From the NCBI GenBank assembly GCA_032718475.1, contig JAUCBJ010001860.1, forward strand, positions 28,936 to 92,935: a stretch of DNA of 64,000 nucleotides, written 5' to 3'. Source of the DNA: Nemertoderma westbladi (Eukaryota > Animalia > Xenacoelomorpha). How positions within the stretch are numbered: position 1 is the stretch's first letter; each line of letters starts with the position of its first letter. The notes beneath the pieces are model-generated. The model saw only the letters and a list, made by a program, of their open reading frames with translations. It did no database searches and was not told the DNA's origin. This document shows positions 1 to 11,023 of this stretch, piece after piece. A program made the translations under genes and the position numbers.

Positions 1-760
1 AAATTTTGCAAGTACATTGCTTTGGTGGTTCATAATCGCGTTACAAAATTTCAGATCGATTCTATGTGTGGTATTCGATATATTTAGTTTTTTGACATTG
101 TTTTGTCGCGAAATTAAAAGCAATGGTAAAATAACAGCTGGTGTTCATGATGAAATATGGCTTAATATGTTATACACAGTCATAGAAAAACGTGTTGGTT
201 GCCAAGTTTTACTAGTAGGCTATAAGGAAAGGCAATGTTTACTCACACATAAGCTGTTGGTTTCTAATGTATTACCCCATAAGCTGATTGCTCTCCCAGT
301 GCTTCCTAAGGGTATATCTACAATAAGGTTACTCACTCTGCTATGTTAGGGGGTGGATCAGGAGAATGAATTTTAGTTACACAAAGCAGTGTGTTGTGTC
401 CTATTGCAGTCGATACTCACTGTGGATTGCAAAATGTTTTATAGTTGACCTACACTATAATACAGTAGTTGCATGTATTTAAGGAGCCCGCTCTGGCCTA
501 CCGCCTAAGGAGTACCTATATTACATATTCACATAGAATTCACTGGGAAGATATATTCCGCTTGACGACGGGGTAATACCTATAGAAGGAAACTATATTT
601 GTTATTTGGCTCTATTCGTTGTTATTTATCTGGTTGCGCATCATGGGCATTTTTTATAAATATTCGGTAATCGCATCTTATATCTTGTAAACGTTCTTGA
701 TAATGAAATTATTTGCTTCATATTATATTTTTGTTAGTGGTAGCTAAGTTGCATTTTTTA

Positions 761-913
761 TTATGTGGGGCGAGCCACAAAGTCAGCTAGCCTCACGCCT
801 TGCAGTTTAGACAATTTTAGTTTACTTACTGCTGACTGACATAGTTCTTTGTAATAGTCTTGGCTAGGATTTTTCCCCCGGGCTCCTTCCAGCCAGCTTG
901 CTGGCTTTCTAGT
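761..913 (+). mobile_element. Short Helentron/HINE-like non-autonomous remnant
   Basis: Its 5' end (tgtggggcgagccac) matches the 5' end of the element at 9100-9617. It ends in a hairpin (agccagc-ttg-ctggct) followed by CTAGT. Confidence 0.4.
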
Positions 914-1095
914 ATAGAAGTAGTTTGCTTTTAGCTGACATCCGATAGAAATAAGATAAATAAAACGATATGTTAGCCAGTTTTCATTAATTATATTGTA
1001 TAAAAATGGTTTAATTATGTTTATTAGATATTACAAATAAATAAATAATATATATATACAGTAAAAAAGCTCATTTATTATTATTAATATTAAAA

Positions 1096-1130
1096 TACCG
1101 AATGCATTTCGCGTTGGCTCTTCAGCGGTA
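1096..1130 (-). ncRNA. Minimal type I hammerhead ribozyme-like motif (Penelope-type)
   Basis: The reverse complement reads TACCG-CTGAAGA-GC CAAC GC-GAAA-TGCA-TT-CGGTA: stem I, CUGANGA, short stem II, GAAA, palindromic stem III. Confidence 0.5.
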
Positions 1131-1300
1131 AAAATATTGTGTAGCTTTCTTACTGTTCAAAGGGTGAGTTATATAAGTCTCCTTTCTTTCAGTGGGGCCA
1201 ATAATGTGGAATTCCCCCAAATTTAGTTTGAATGGTATAATGTACTTCTTTGTTGTTCTTTGAACTTCACATTGAGTTAATTATTGTTTATTTAGTTCAA
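1131..1300 (-). mobile_element. Possible degenerate Penelope-like element 3' end
   Basis: It lies directly upstream of the hammerhead-like motif. The degraded reading resembles a GIY-YIG C-terminus only weakly. Confidence 0.3.
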
Positions 1301-1355
1301 TTATAGGTAATTGGGTGCGTTTATTATTCTCCCCCCTCGAGTGCCTATAGCCTGT

Positions 1356-1688
1356 CAGGTACCCAGCAAACTCCACCCGCGACAAAGCTTCGCGACCGTC
1401 CAATCTTCGCCCGGAGCAAACTTCGCCCTCAAAATGAGTAACTATCGCCCGGCGGAAACCTTAGCCCGCGGGACATCTTCCCCCGCGAGCAACCTTCGCC
1501 CACTAAATAATTATTGTTTTGGTTAGAAAAAGCCGTCTCTGTAACCTGCTCCTTTCCCTCAATTGGTAACAGCATCGTTTATTGTTTAGGTTAGAAAAAT
1601 CGGTCTCTGTAACCTGCTCCTTTCCTTAAATTGGTAACTAAAATGTTCACTAACACAAATCGTATTGGGCGAAGGTTGCACCCAACCG
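1356..1688. mobile_element. MITE-like element with subterminal aaacttcgccc-type repeats
   Basis: Several aa(a/c)cttcgccc motifs on the left and an inverted gggcgaaggtt on the right. An internal ~70-bp duplication (ggttagaaaaa...gtaacctgctcctttcc) recurs inverted near 21770-21825. Confidence 0.4.
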
Positions 1689-1859
1689 TCAGTAGCTCTG
1701 GTTAGGACTCACTATGAACATCTTCCGACTCTGCCTATACCGTTATCTTCTACCTGTCACCACGTATTCACAAGTGGTTCAACCCTCCTACCCATCCATC
1801 AGAAGTGGTTCAACCCCCCTACCCCTTCCCAATGATTCCAGCCTCCCACACTACTCCAT

Positions 1860-4066
1860 TTTTTGAAAAATGCTTTGTGTATGAGAAGTGCAGACCAGTG
1901 ACGTAATCATCCATACCTAATTTTGAATCTGATTAATTTCTCCACCAGAAAAGTATCACATTTATTGGTGAATTGTCAAATCAATTAGATGGGATTGATC
2001 CAAAACAGAGAAGTATCACTTCTAGAAAACAAGAGTGGGAAAAGCATACTTTCCTTCATATCAAAGCAGCATGTAGGCCTAGGCTAGAGTTGGACTAAAT
2101 ACAACAAGCTGCACAAGTAGGTGCAGTTTTAAATTGTCTATCTAATGGTGTGTCCATGGAAACGCCAAACCCATGCATTCTCCTTTAAATAGCATTGATT
2201 CACTCCTCTTCACGGTTCAACCCTCCCTGATCTCCCCTATATATATTGCAGCTGCTATGCAGCATCCCGATATCAGTACTGTCGTGGATAGATAGTAGAT
2301 GGTGGTATTTAACAGAGGATCTTGTGGTGGGGACATAGTCCCGACTCAAACAGACTACAGCGGCCAAGAATGCAGTTAAGGCTGCATCTAGGTCCCTGAA
2401 CAGGCAGTACTCTGCTAATCTACAGGAGCTAATAAACCAACAGGTTGATGCCATCAATGATGCTGACGACAGCAGGCAATCATCCCAGGCATGGAAATCG
2501 ATCAACTCTGCTTACTGGGCGAAAAAGCCAACCAACCACCAAGGTTAAGGCTGAATCACCAGCCGATCGCCTCAATGGTTGGAAAGCCCACTTTGAAAAG
2601 CTCCTCAATAATGACAGGGTATTGTCTGATAACTTTATAGAAGTAAAAGTGTCTGAGTCTGTACTCCCAGATATTCCCATTGGTGATATCTCCTTTGCAG
2701 AAGTGAAGGCTGCTGCAAAGAGCATTAAGACCAATCGTGCCAGTGGAGTAGATGGTGTTCCCCCTGAGGTCTTTAAAATACCTGAGTGTTTAAAGCTCAT
2801 CTATCCCATCATAGTAGACATGTACCGAACAACAAGAGTCCCACAAGAAATGAAAACAAATAAGTTGGTGCCAGTTCCCAAGAAGGGCAACCTAACACTC
2901 TACGGTTCTTTTCGGGGAATCTCATTGATCTCGATTGCTGCAAAGCTATACAATAGGATTCTATTAAATCGCATCAGGGATCCCATTGAGAGACTGCTCC
3001 GTGGAAATCAGAATGGGTTCCGTAAAGGTCGTGGGACCATGGAGCCCATTTTGGCACTTAGAAGGATAATTGAAGAGTTATCAAAAAAGAAAGACAGGCA
3101 TCTGGCTGTTATCTTTGTTGACTTCTTCAAGGCCTTTGATTCAGTCTCTCGCTCACGTATGTTCAGCATACTTTCATTATATGGGATTCCTGATGAAATT
3201 ATTGCAGCAATCAGATCAGTATACGATGGTTCGACAACATTTGTGTCTACTGTTGACGGTGACACAGAACCATTTGAAGTGTTATGGGGCGTCCTCCAAG
3301 GAGACACACTTGCACCATTCTTGTTCATTATTGTGGTTGACTATGTTCTACGCATGTCCTTAGATCATTATAATGATGATGGGGTGATGATAACTCCACC
3401 TACTGGCTCCAGAAGTCGAGGAAATCCTGCCAAGTACCTAACTGATCTAGACTTTGCTGATGACTTAGGAGTACTCTCAGAATCATTAGAGGGAGCCCAA
3501 CGGCTCCTCAGCTCATTAGAACATGCTGCTTCTAGTGTTGGTCTTTTTATTAACTCCAGAAAGACCAAAATTCTGACAGTTAACTTTGAAAGTCCTCAGC
3601 AAGTCTCTGATCGGATGAGCATAAGCTCAAAGGATGGTATGCTTGAGCATGTGGACGACTTCTGTTACCTGGGATCATGGATCCGGAAGTCAGGTGAGGA
3701 CCTTCGAATACGTAAGGGAAAGGCATGGGCAGCCTTGAATAGGCTTTCCAGGATTTGGAAGTCACCGAGAATTAATCGGAAACTTAAGGTCCGATTATTT
3801 AGAGCAGCAGTAGTTCCAGTACTCCTCTACGGGAGTCCATGCTGGGCTCTAACTGCTGAGGACACCAAATCTCTGGATGGCACATTCACAAGAATGCTAC
3901 GCCGGGTTCATTGTGTCAAGTACAATGCACACATCTCCAATCAGACACTATATAACATTGGAGGTGTCTCATTGGTTCCCCCAAGCTTGACACTAGAACA
4001 AAATCGCCTCCGCTTTGCAGGACATTGCTTTCGCCGTGAGGACCAGCCAGTGCATAATCTTGTACT
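1860..4066 (+). mobile_element. RTE-clade LINE, 5'-degenerate and 3'-truncated
   Basis: Contains the RT ORF below. Identity to the shorter RTE copies stops at 4066, so it lacks the (TAG)n tail. The 5' boundary is approximate. Confidence 0.8.
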
Positions 4067-4172
4067 ACTGTATATACAACAGCTTAACACCATGCAAACA
4101 CAGGGAAGAAGTTTTAACCAATATTCTCCTTTTAAAAGGCTATTGGAAGTTTACAACATTATAAAGGTCTAA
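2445..4172 (+). CDS. RTE-type non-LTR reverse transcriptase (partial ORF)
   Basis: Motifs VPKKG, FRGISL, QNGFRKGR, FVDFFKAFDSV, GVLQGDTLAP, DFADD, FCYLGS, and the RTE C-terminal LLYGSPCW...RLRFAGHCFR. The last ~35 aa are readthrough into flanking DNA. Confidence 0.9.
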   Translation: MMPSMMLTTAGNHPRHGNRSTLLTGRKSQPTTKVKAESPADRLNGWKAHFEKLLNNDRVLSDNFIEVKVSESVLPDIPIGDISFAEVKAAAKSIKTNRASGVDGVPPEVFKIPECLKLIYPIIVDMYRTTRVPQEMKTNKLVPVPKKGNLTLYGSFRGISLISIAAKLYNRILLNRIRDPIERLLRGNQNGFRKGRGTMEPILALRRIIEELSKKKDRHLAVIFVDFFKAFDSVSRSRMFSILSLYGIPDEIIAAIRSVYDGSTTFVSTVDGDTEPFEVLWGVLQGDTLAPFLFIIVVDYVLRMSLDHYNDDGVMITPPTGSRSRGNPAKYLTDLDFADDLGVLSESLEGAQRLLSSLEHAASSVGLFINSRKTKILTVNFESPQQVSDRMSISSKDGMLEHVDDFCYLGSWIRKSGEDLRIRKGKAWAALNRLSRIWKSPRINRKLKVRLFRAAVVPVLLYGSPCWALTAEDTKSLDGTFTRMLRRVHCVKYNAHISNQTLYNIGGVSLVPPSLTLEQNRLRFAGHCFRREDQPVHNLVLLYIQQLNTMQTQGRSFNQYSPFKRLLEVYNIIKV

Positions 4173-4401
4173 CTGAGATAGCGATAATCTTATTGTGGTA
4201 CTGGTTCCGGTGGAGTTAAGACACGGAAAAGAATGAAAATATATGACGTCTTTTTAGCTTGCAACTTCCCCTGATGATTTGCTTTGCCCGGTTTCAATTT
4301 GTTACGCCCTATATTTAATAATGTTACTTGTGTTCCAGCAATAGTTTACTGGGTTTGATCTAATTGAAATGAATGAATAATATAAAATTATCCCAACTTA
4401 C

Positions 4402-4527
4402 CGTCATACTGGTACTGCGGTCCAATATTAAATAAATTATTTGGCCAGTTGTCGGTTGAAGTAACTTAAATGTTGGTTCAGTGTCCACAGTTTCATCAGA
4501 CGGTATAGGGTTGTTACCAAGAAAATC
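4402..4527 (-). CDS. CLCA: CLCA-like exon F (start of vWA domain): DFLGNNPIPSDETVDTEPTFKLLQPTTGQIIYLILDRSTSMT
   Basis: cag| acceptor and |gtaagt donor, 126 nt, phase 0-0. PTFKLLQ and the MIDAS-like DxSxS sit where they do in CLCA proteins. Confidence 0.88.
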
Positions 4528-4599
4528 CTGAAAATAAATTATTTGCTGATTGTATATGCTTTGTAGATAAATAACTTACAGCCTTTAGGAACTCTGGAT

Positions 4600-6340
4600 A
4601 TTAGAATACGTGTAAAAGTGTTAATTTATTAGAATACGTGTAAAAGTGCTAATTTATTAGAATACGTGTAAAAGTGCTAATTTATTAGAATACGTGTAAA
4701 AGTGGTGATTTATTCGAATAAGTGTAAAAATTCTAATTTGTTAGAATACGTGTAAAAGTGCTGAATTATTAGAATATGTGTAAAGTTCTAATTTATTAGA
4801 ATACGTGTAAAGGTGATGATTTATTAAAACATGTGTAAAGAGCTGTCTCATTACAAAACGTGTAAAAGAGCTGATTTATTAGAATACATTAAAAATGCTA
4901 ATTTATTAGAATACGTGTAAAAGTGCTAATTTATTAGAACATGTGTAAAATAGCTGATTTATTAGAATACGTGTAAAAATGCTGATTTATTAGAATATGT
5001 GTAAAAGTGATGATTTATTAAAACATGTGTAAAAGAGCTTTTTCATTAGAATACGTGTTAAAGTGCTTATTTATTAGAATATGTGTAAAAGAGATGACTT
5101 ATTAGAATACGTGTAAAAGAGCTTTTTCATTAGAATACGTGTAAAAGTGCTGATTTATTAGAATAAGTGTAAAAGTGATGATTTATTAGAATATGTGTAA
5201 AAGAGCTGATTTATTAGAATACGTGTAGAAGTGCTTTTTCATTAGAATACGTGTAAAAGTGCTTATTTATTAGAATATGTGTAAAAGAGATGACTTATTA
5301 GAATACGTGTAAAAGAGCTTTTTCATTAGAATACGTGTAAAAGTGCTTATTTATTAGAATATGTGTAAAAGAGATGACTTATTAGAATACGTGTAAAAGT
5401 GCTGATTTATTAGAATAAGTGTAAAAGTGATGATTTATTAGAATATGTGTAAAAGAGCTGATTTATTAGAATACGTGTAGAAGTGCTGATTTATTAGAAT
5501 AAGTGTAAATGGCTCATTTATTAGAATACGTGTAAAAATACTAATTTATTAGAATACCTGTAAAAGTGCTAATTTATTAGAATATGTGTAAAAGAGCTGA
5601 TTTTTTAGAATACGTGTAAAAATGCTAATTTATTAGAATACCTGTAAAAGTGCTAATTTATTAGAATATGTGTAAAATAGCATATTTAATAGAGTACGTG
5701 TACGTGTAAAAGTGCTGATTTATTAGAATAAGTGTAAAAGTGATGATTTATTAGAATATGTGTGAAAGAGAGCTGATTTATTAGAATACGTATAGAAGTG
5801 CTAATTCATTAGAATAAGTGTAAATTGCTAATTTATTAGAATACGTGTAAAAATACTAATTTGTTAGAATACGTGTAAAAGTGCTGAATTATTAGAATAT
5901 GCGTAATGTGCTGATTTATTAGAATACGTGTAAAAGTGCTGAATTATTAGAATATGCGTAATGTGCTGATTTATTAGAAAACGTGTAAAAGTTCTGATTT
6001 ATTAGAATAAGTGTAAAAGTGCTGATTTATTAGAATAAGTGTAAGTTGCTAATTTATTAGAATACCTGTAAAAGTGCTAATTTATAAGAATATGTGTAAT
6101 AGAGCTGACTTATTAGAATACGTGTAAAAGTGCTGATTGATTAGAATAGTGTAAAACTGACGATTTATTAGAATAAGTGCAAAAGTGCTCATTTATTAGA
6201 ATGCGTACAAAAATGCTAATTTATTAGAATATGTGTAAAAGTGCTAAATTATTAGAATACGTGTAAAAGTGCAGATTTATTAGAATACTTGTAATATTGC
6301 TGATTTATTAGAATACGTGTAAAAGTCGTGATGATTTATT
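4600..6340. repeat. 28-bp AT-rich tandem satellite (~60 copies), intronic
   Basis: Unit approximately ttagaatacgtgtaaaagtgctgattta, with a 28-nt period (4601, 4629, ...). Confidence 0.95.
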
Positions 6341-6342
6341 AC

Positions 6343-6852
6343 GGTTGGACTTACCTTTTGGAACTCCATAACATCGCAGGAGGCCCCCCTGCCCCCCAGT
6401 GGTTCATCTCGTTTGGGCCCCCGGTTGGACTTACCTTATGGAATGCCATAACATCCCAGGAGACGGCCCCCCTGCCCCCCAGTGGTTCATCTCGTTTGTG
6501 CCCCCGGTTGGACTTACCTTATGGAATTCCATAACATCCCAGGAGGCGGCCCCCCTGCCCCCCAGTGGTTCATCTCGTTTGGGCCCCCGGTTGGACTTAC
6601 CTTATGGAATTCCATAACATCCCAGGAGACGGCCCCCCTGCCCCCCAGTGGTTCATCTCGTTTGGACCCCCGGTTGGACTTACCTTATGGAATTCCATAA
6701 CATCCCAGGAGGCGGCCCCCCTGCCCCCCAATGGTTCATCTCGTTTGGGCCCCCGGTTGGACTTACCTTATGGAATTCCATAACATCCCAGGAGGCGGCC
6801 CCCCTGCCCCCCCAGTGGTTCATCTCGTTTGGGCCCCCGGTTGGACTTACCT
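6343..6852. repeat. ~83-bp tandem repeat derived from CLCA exon E 3' end plus splice donor (~6 copies)
   Basis: Period 83 (ORF starts at 6399, 6482, 6565, 6648). The reverse complement contains ...GGATGTTATGGAATTCCATAAG|gtaagtccaaccg, as at the real exon end. Confidence 0.92.
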
Positions 6853-6873
6853 CGTGTTATGGTGTTACGTGTA

Positions 6874-7508
6874 ATGGTATGCTTGAGCATGTGGACGACT
6901 TCTGTTACCTGGGATAATGGATCCGGAAGTCAGGTGAGGACATTGGAATACGTAAGGGAAAAGCATGGGCAGCCTTGAATGGGCTTTCCGGGATTTGGAA
7001 GTCACCGAGAATTAATCGGAAACTTAAGGTCCGATTATTTAGAGCAGCAGCAGTTCCAGTACTCCTCTATGCGAGTCCATGCTGGGCTCTAGCTGCTGAG
7101 GACACCAAATCTCTGGATGGCACATTCACGGGAATGCTACGCCGAGTTCATTGTGTCAAGTACAATGCACACATCTCCAACCAGACACTATATAAGATTG
7201 GAGGTGTCTCATTGGTACCCCCAAGCTTGACACTAGAACAAAATCGCCTCCGCTTTGCAGGACATTGCTTTCGCCGTGAGGACCAACCAGTGCATAATCT
7301 TGTACTTTGGCAGCCTCATGGAGTGGATAAGCATGGTGGACAGCCCATGACTTTCTTGAGACGCATCTTAAAGGACACTGGCCTTGAAGATGCGGATGAT
7401 CTAGCAAATGTCATGGGTGATAGGGAGTTGTGACGGTGCAATTTTGTCGATAAGCCGGCACAGCATTCTTAAAAATGCAGCTGCAATGCAGCATGCCGAT
7501 CCTAGTAG
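6874..7508 (+). mobile_element. 5'-truncated RTE LINE with TAG tail and 11-bp TSD
   Basis: Near-identical to 3634-4066 and carries the 3' end. Tail cctagtag; TSD tggacttacct at 6842-6852 and 7509-7519. Confidence 0.9.
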
Positions 7509-7599
7509 TGGACTTACCTTATGGAATTCCATAACATCCCAGGAGGCGGCCCCCTGCCCCCCAATGTTTCATCTCGTTTGGGCCCCCGGTTGGACTTAC
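7509..7599. repeat. First (82-bp) copy of the exon-E donor repeat
   Basis: Same unit as 6343-6852, abutting exon E. Confidence 0.85.
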
Positions 7600-7722
7600 C
7601 TTATGGAATTCCATAACATCCCAGGCGGCGGCCCCCCTGCACCGGTCGTTCATCTGATTAGGGGCTTCCGGGTTGTGGTAGCCGTCTGGGAAATCGGGAT
7701 CCGAGTGGCAGAATTGCGATAT
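7600..7722 (-). CDS. CLCA: CLCA-like exon E: ISQFCHSDPDFPDGYHNPEAPNQMNDRCRGAAAWDVMEFHK
   Basis: tag| acceptor and |gtaagt donor, 123 nt, phase 0-0. Matches the CLCA FC...HN.EAPN..N..C....WDV motif. Confidence 0.92.
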
Positions 7723-7910
7723 CTACAAACAAACATTCAATTCGCTAATAATTAGTAATATATTCTACGAGAACTCCATAAGATAAACGGCAAACTGAAC
7801 TTTGAAATGTCGACCAACTGAACTATTCGTAATATTTAAAATTTCAAACAATATAATTATTAATTTAAATGAAACACAAGCTTAGTGTAAGATATTTAAA
7901 TGGAACCCAC

Positions 7911-8066
7911 CCCAGGTATAAACTCCATAAACATCATAGAAGCCGTGGCGGTATTCTCGTCTTCTTTCATCGAAGAAATGAATCGACATCCTTTCTCGGG
8001 AAGATTCGTGTTCGGATCAATCTCGCAGTCCTCATAAGTTTGGTAATGCTTGTGTGTACCCTTCAC
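7911..8066 (-). CDS. CLCA: CLCA-like exon D: VKGTHKHYQTYEDCEIDPNTNLPEKGCRFISSMKEDENTATASMMFMEFIPG
   Basis: tag| acceptor and |gtgggt donor, 156 nt, phase 0-0. Cys-rich CLCA segment with C.IDP.T.LP..GC.F and AS.MF. Confidence 0.9.
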
Positions 8067-8163
8067 CTACAAAAGTAATAAACAATGGTTTATAGTGCCG
8101 GTAGGTTTACAGTAGTAGACTTCTCAGAAAGGAGTATATTTATTGGAATGAGGTGTAACTTAC

Positions 8164-8291
8164 CTCCAGACTGCACCGTGTAGCTTGTAACTCCCCATCC
8201 GAGTCGATGTAGAAATGTTGACCATTAGGTAATGGGTATTCGTCAAATAGACCCCATCGTAAATGTCCCCATTCGTGTACTAAAACTTTAC
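8164..8291 (-). CDS. CLCA: CLCA-like exon C with zinc-metalloprotease motif: (G)KVLVHEWGHLRWGLFDEYPLPNGQHFYIDSDGELQATRCSLE
   Basis: tag| acceptor and |gtaagt donor, 128 nt, phase 1-0. HEWGHLRWGLFDEY is the CLCA HExxH signature. Confidence 0.95.
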
Positions 8292-8370
8292 CTAAATACA
8301 GTATATAGTAATTAAGTTATGAGTAAACACTTAAATCAGCACTCAGGTTATAATTTTCTGTATTATCCGT

Positions 8371-8819
8371 AATGTTTCAGACAATATAACCAAACTTACC
8401 CAGGTCTCCCCACAATGTTTCAGACAATAAAAACAAACTTACCCAGGTCTCCCCACAATGTTTCAGACAATATAACCAAACTTACCCAGGTCTCCCCACA
8501 ATGTTTCAGACAATATAACCAAACTTACCCAGGTCTCCCCACAATGTTTCAGACAATATAACCAGACTTACCCAGGTCTCCCCACAATGTTTCAGACAAT
8601 ATAACCAGACTTACCCAGGTCTCCCCACGATGTTTCAGACAATATAACCAAACTTACCCAGGTCTCCCCACAATGTTTCAGACAATATAACCAAACATAC
8701 CCAGGTCTCCCCACAATGTTTCAGACAGTATAACCAAACTTACCCATGTCTCCCCACAATGTTTCAGACAATATAACCAAACTTACCCAGGTCTCCCCAC
8801 AATGTTTCCGACAATATAA
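8371..8819. repeat. 43-bp tandem repeat derived from CLCA exon B 3' end plus splice donor (~10 copies)
   Basis: Unit aatgtttcagacaatataaccaaacttacccaggtctccccac. On the - strand it is ~33 nt of exon followed by gtaagtttgg. Confidence 0.95.
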
Positions 8820-8903
8820 TGTCCTGAAGGAATTGCGGCGTAAAATGAAGATACTCTCCCGGGACGGCGCATCCGTCAGGTTGTTTTACGTAAGGGTTGT
8901 CAC
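8787..8903 (-). CDS. CLCA: CLCA-like exon B: (G)DNPYVKQPDGCAVPGEYLHFTPQFLQDIILSETLWGDL(G)
   Basis: cag| acceptor and |gtaagt donor, 117 nt, phase 1-1. Matches the CLCA GD.PY..Q...C...GEY.HFTP.FL motif. Confidence 0.93.
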
Positions 8904-9099
8904 CTGTGAATTATAATAAAGTAATTAATAGGCCTAATATAGAATGATAAAAGTGATACATCATCGTGGTGACAATTGACAAACAGAATAATGTCACAGA
9001 ATAAGTGAACTAAAAAACAAGAGACTTTATATTTGTTTCAGACACCAGATTATTATATACGGTAGGCCCTAAGCCGAGGATGCTGCTCATTGTTCATAA

Positions 9100-9617
9100 C
9101 ATAAGAATACACGAAGTGGGGACTTCGCGCAGCACGAAGTTGGCAGAGCCTTAGCGAATTGACACTGTTAGTGGGTAGGTCAATTTATGCAAATAGTCAC
9201 GTTGGCCCTCTAGCGGCAGACTGGAGAACTGCAGATGGATTCGCCTCCTTTGAAAGTCACAGCTAATGGTCTAATACATATCTGCCAAGTTTCAGCTTGA
9301 ACGGATTAAAAGCAAAGAAATGGGAGGGCATTTAATGTTTAGACATGTGGCCCTCTAGCGGGAGACCATTGCACTGATGGTGTCTGAAAGTCTCTCAAAA
9401 ATCTCAACTTTTGCTCATATTGATACCTACAAATTTTCAACTTGGCAGCTTTAAATCCGACAAAGTTATTAGCATGTCAAAATCGTAACGACGACGACAA
9501 CGACGACGACGACAACGACGACGACGACGACGACGACAACTATTTGCATAAATTGACCCACCCCCTAACAGTGTCAATTCGCTAAGGCTCCGCCAACTTC
9601 GTGGCTCGCCCCACAAA
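9100..9617 (-). mobile_element. Helentron-associated (HINE/DINE-1-like) non-autonomous element
   Basis: ~65-bp subterminal inverted repeats (9133-9197 vs 9539-9603), a (GTC)n microsatellite near the 5' end, and a 3' hairpin cgaagt-cccc-acttcg. Confidence 0.65.
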
Positions 9618-11023
9618 GCAAACTCAAACGAGCTCGTACAATAGCGGTAGGTAGGAACCGAGAATTCCGTGATGAAAAAAAAAGTGATGACGTCATGATT
9701 AACATCCCGTAAAAGTTTGCTAAAAGACGCACTCCGGTCTACATGATAGAATGCCTGGGTCTATATATGAATGTAATTAATACTTTAGTTAATGAGGATA
9801 CCCCCCTCTCCCTTTTTTTCACTGAACGTGTTTAAGTTATTATTCAATAATATGAGATGCCCACCACCAAACTAAAATATGCATAGAAAAGACAAATTGA
9901 TTGATAAAACAAAGGGCGAGGGAAATTCAAAAAACAGTTTGCATATCCATTCAGTCATTCAGTTTGCTGTCCTGCCTGTTGATTCTGTGTGACGATATTT
10001 CTGAAAGCCAGTTTTGCTTTCGAGTGGCATTCAACTCACCTCGATCACACAATATGTAACATACTGTATTTGCGTTAAAATACGTTGTTATACAACTTGC
10101 ATAATGTGTGCAATACATAAATTCGTATGAATATTTAATATATATCATTGAAGGCTTCATTCTAGAATATAGAGGCTGGTGATTTGAAGCGGGAGATATA
10201 AAATTAAGCTAAACATATTATAAGCTATCGATAAAATAATAAATACGGATATAAAATAATTATTTATTACAATGGAAAAAGTAGAAATTATTTCACTATT
10301 TCCGAGACATTTTATTATTTACCGAGCGATATACAGTAGTGCTACAAAATAAATTAATTGAACTATAATAGTATTTTTCTATATTGCTTCCATAGTTACT
10401 GCGAATCAAATTACTGAACTCTTCAACTCCTGATGCTGCCTTATTCAATTTGAAATAATTTAGTGTTCTCGAATATTTATTTCGTAACTAGAGAGCCGCT
10501 TAACAACATAAACCAATATTGGATATTGAGTTCCGTTTTGGAATTCGCCTTACAGACACTAAAGTTGCAATAACTTTTGAGTGTGTGAGTGGATTTTGCT
10601 CAAATTACGTGCAAAACCTTTCTACGTCGATCGTCGATGCTCTTTCAACACATGTAACAATATTTGATAAATTCCACCAAAATTATTTTATTTTACTTTT
10701 TTGGCCGATAAAAAAATTAAAATTAATGCAATCAAATGCAAATGCAAATGCATTAATGCAAATAAAAGTTACTTTTTTTCCATCTTCCTATCTTCTGCGC
10801 ACAACTGAAGAAACACTTTTATTCTTAAATTGTCACTTTTTCCCCAAAGAAAAACGTAGAACATTTTTTTTTCAATATTCTCTCGACCCTTTATTAACCT
10901 CGCTGGCTCGGGAAATAAAATGCCTCGAGAATAATTTAAAAAAAGTTCTACTTTTTTTCTCATGTAATAAATAATTATTTTTTCAAATGTCCTTTAATGG
11001 GCCCGCAAATACCATTAACATAC

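Noticed and set aside
17-349. 110-aa ORF, and similar AT-rich ORFs at 10519-10974, 24513-24914 and 55665-56149
   Set aside because: No recognisable motifs or splice context; they lie in intronic or non-autonomous TE DNA.
6328-6917. Five + strand ORFs of 68-89 aa
   Set aside because: They are by-products of the GC-rich 83-bp repeat, antisense to the CLCA exon.
4600-8819. CRISPR-like arrays (28-, 83- and 43-bp periodicity)
   Set aside because: The units are head-to-tail with no unique spacers, there are no cas genes, the context is eukaryotic, and two arrays derive from CLCA exon ends.
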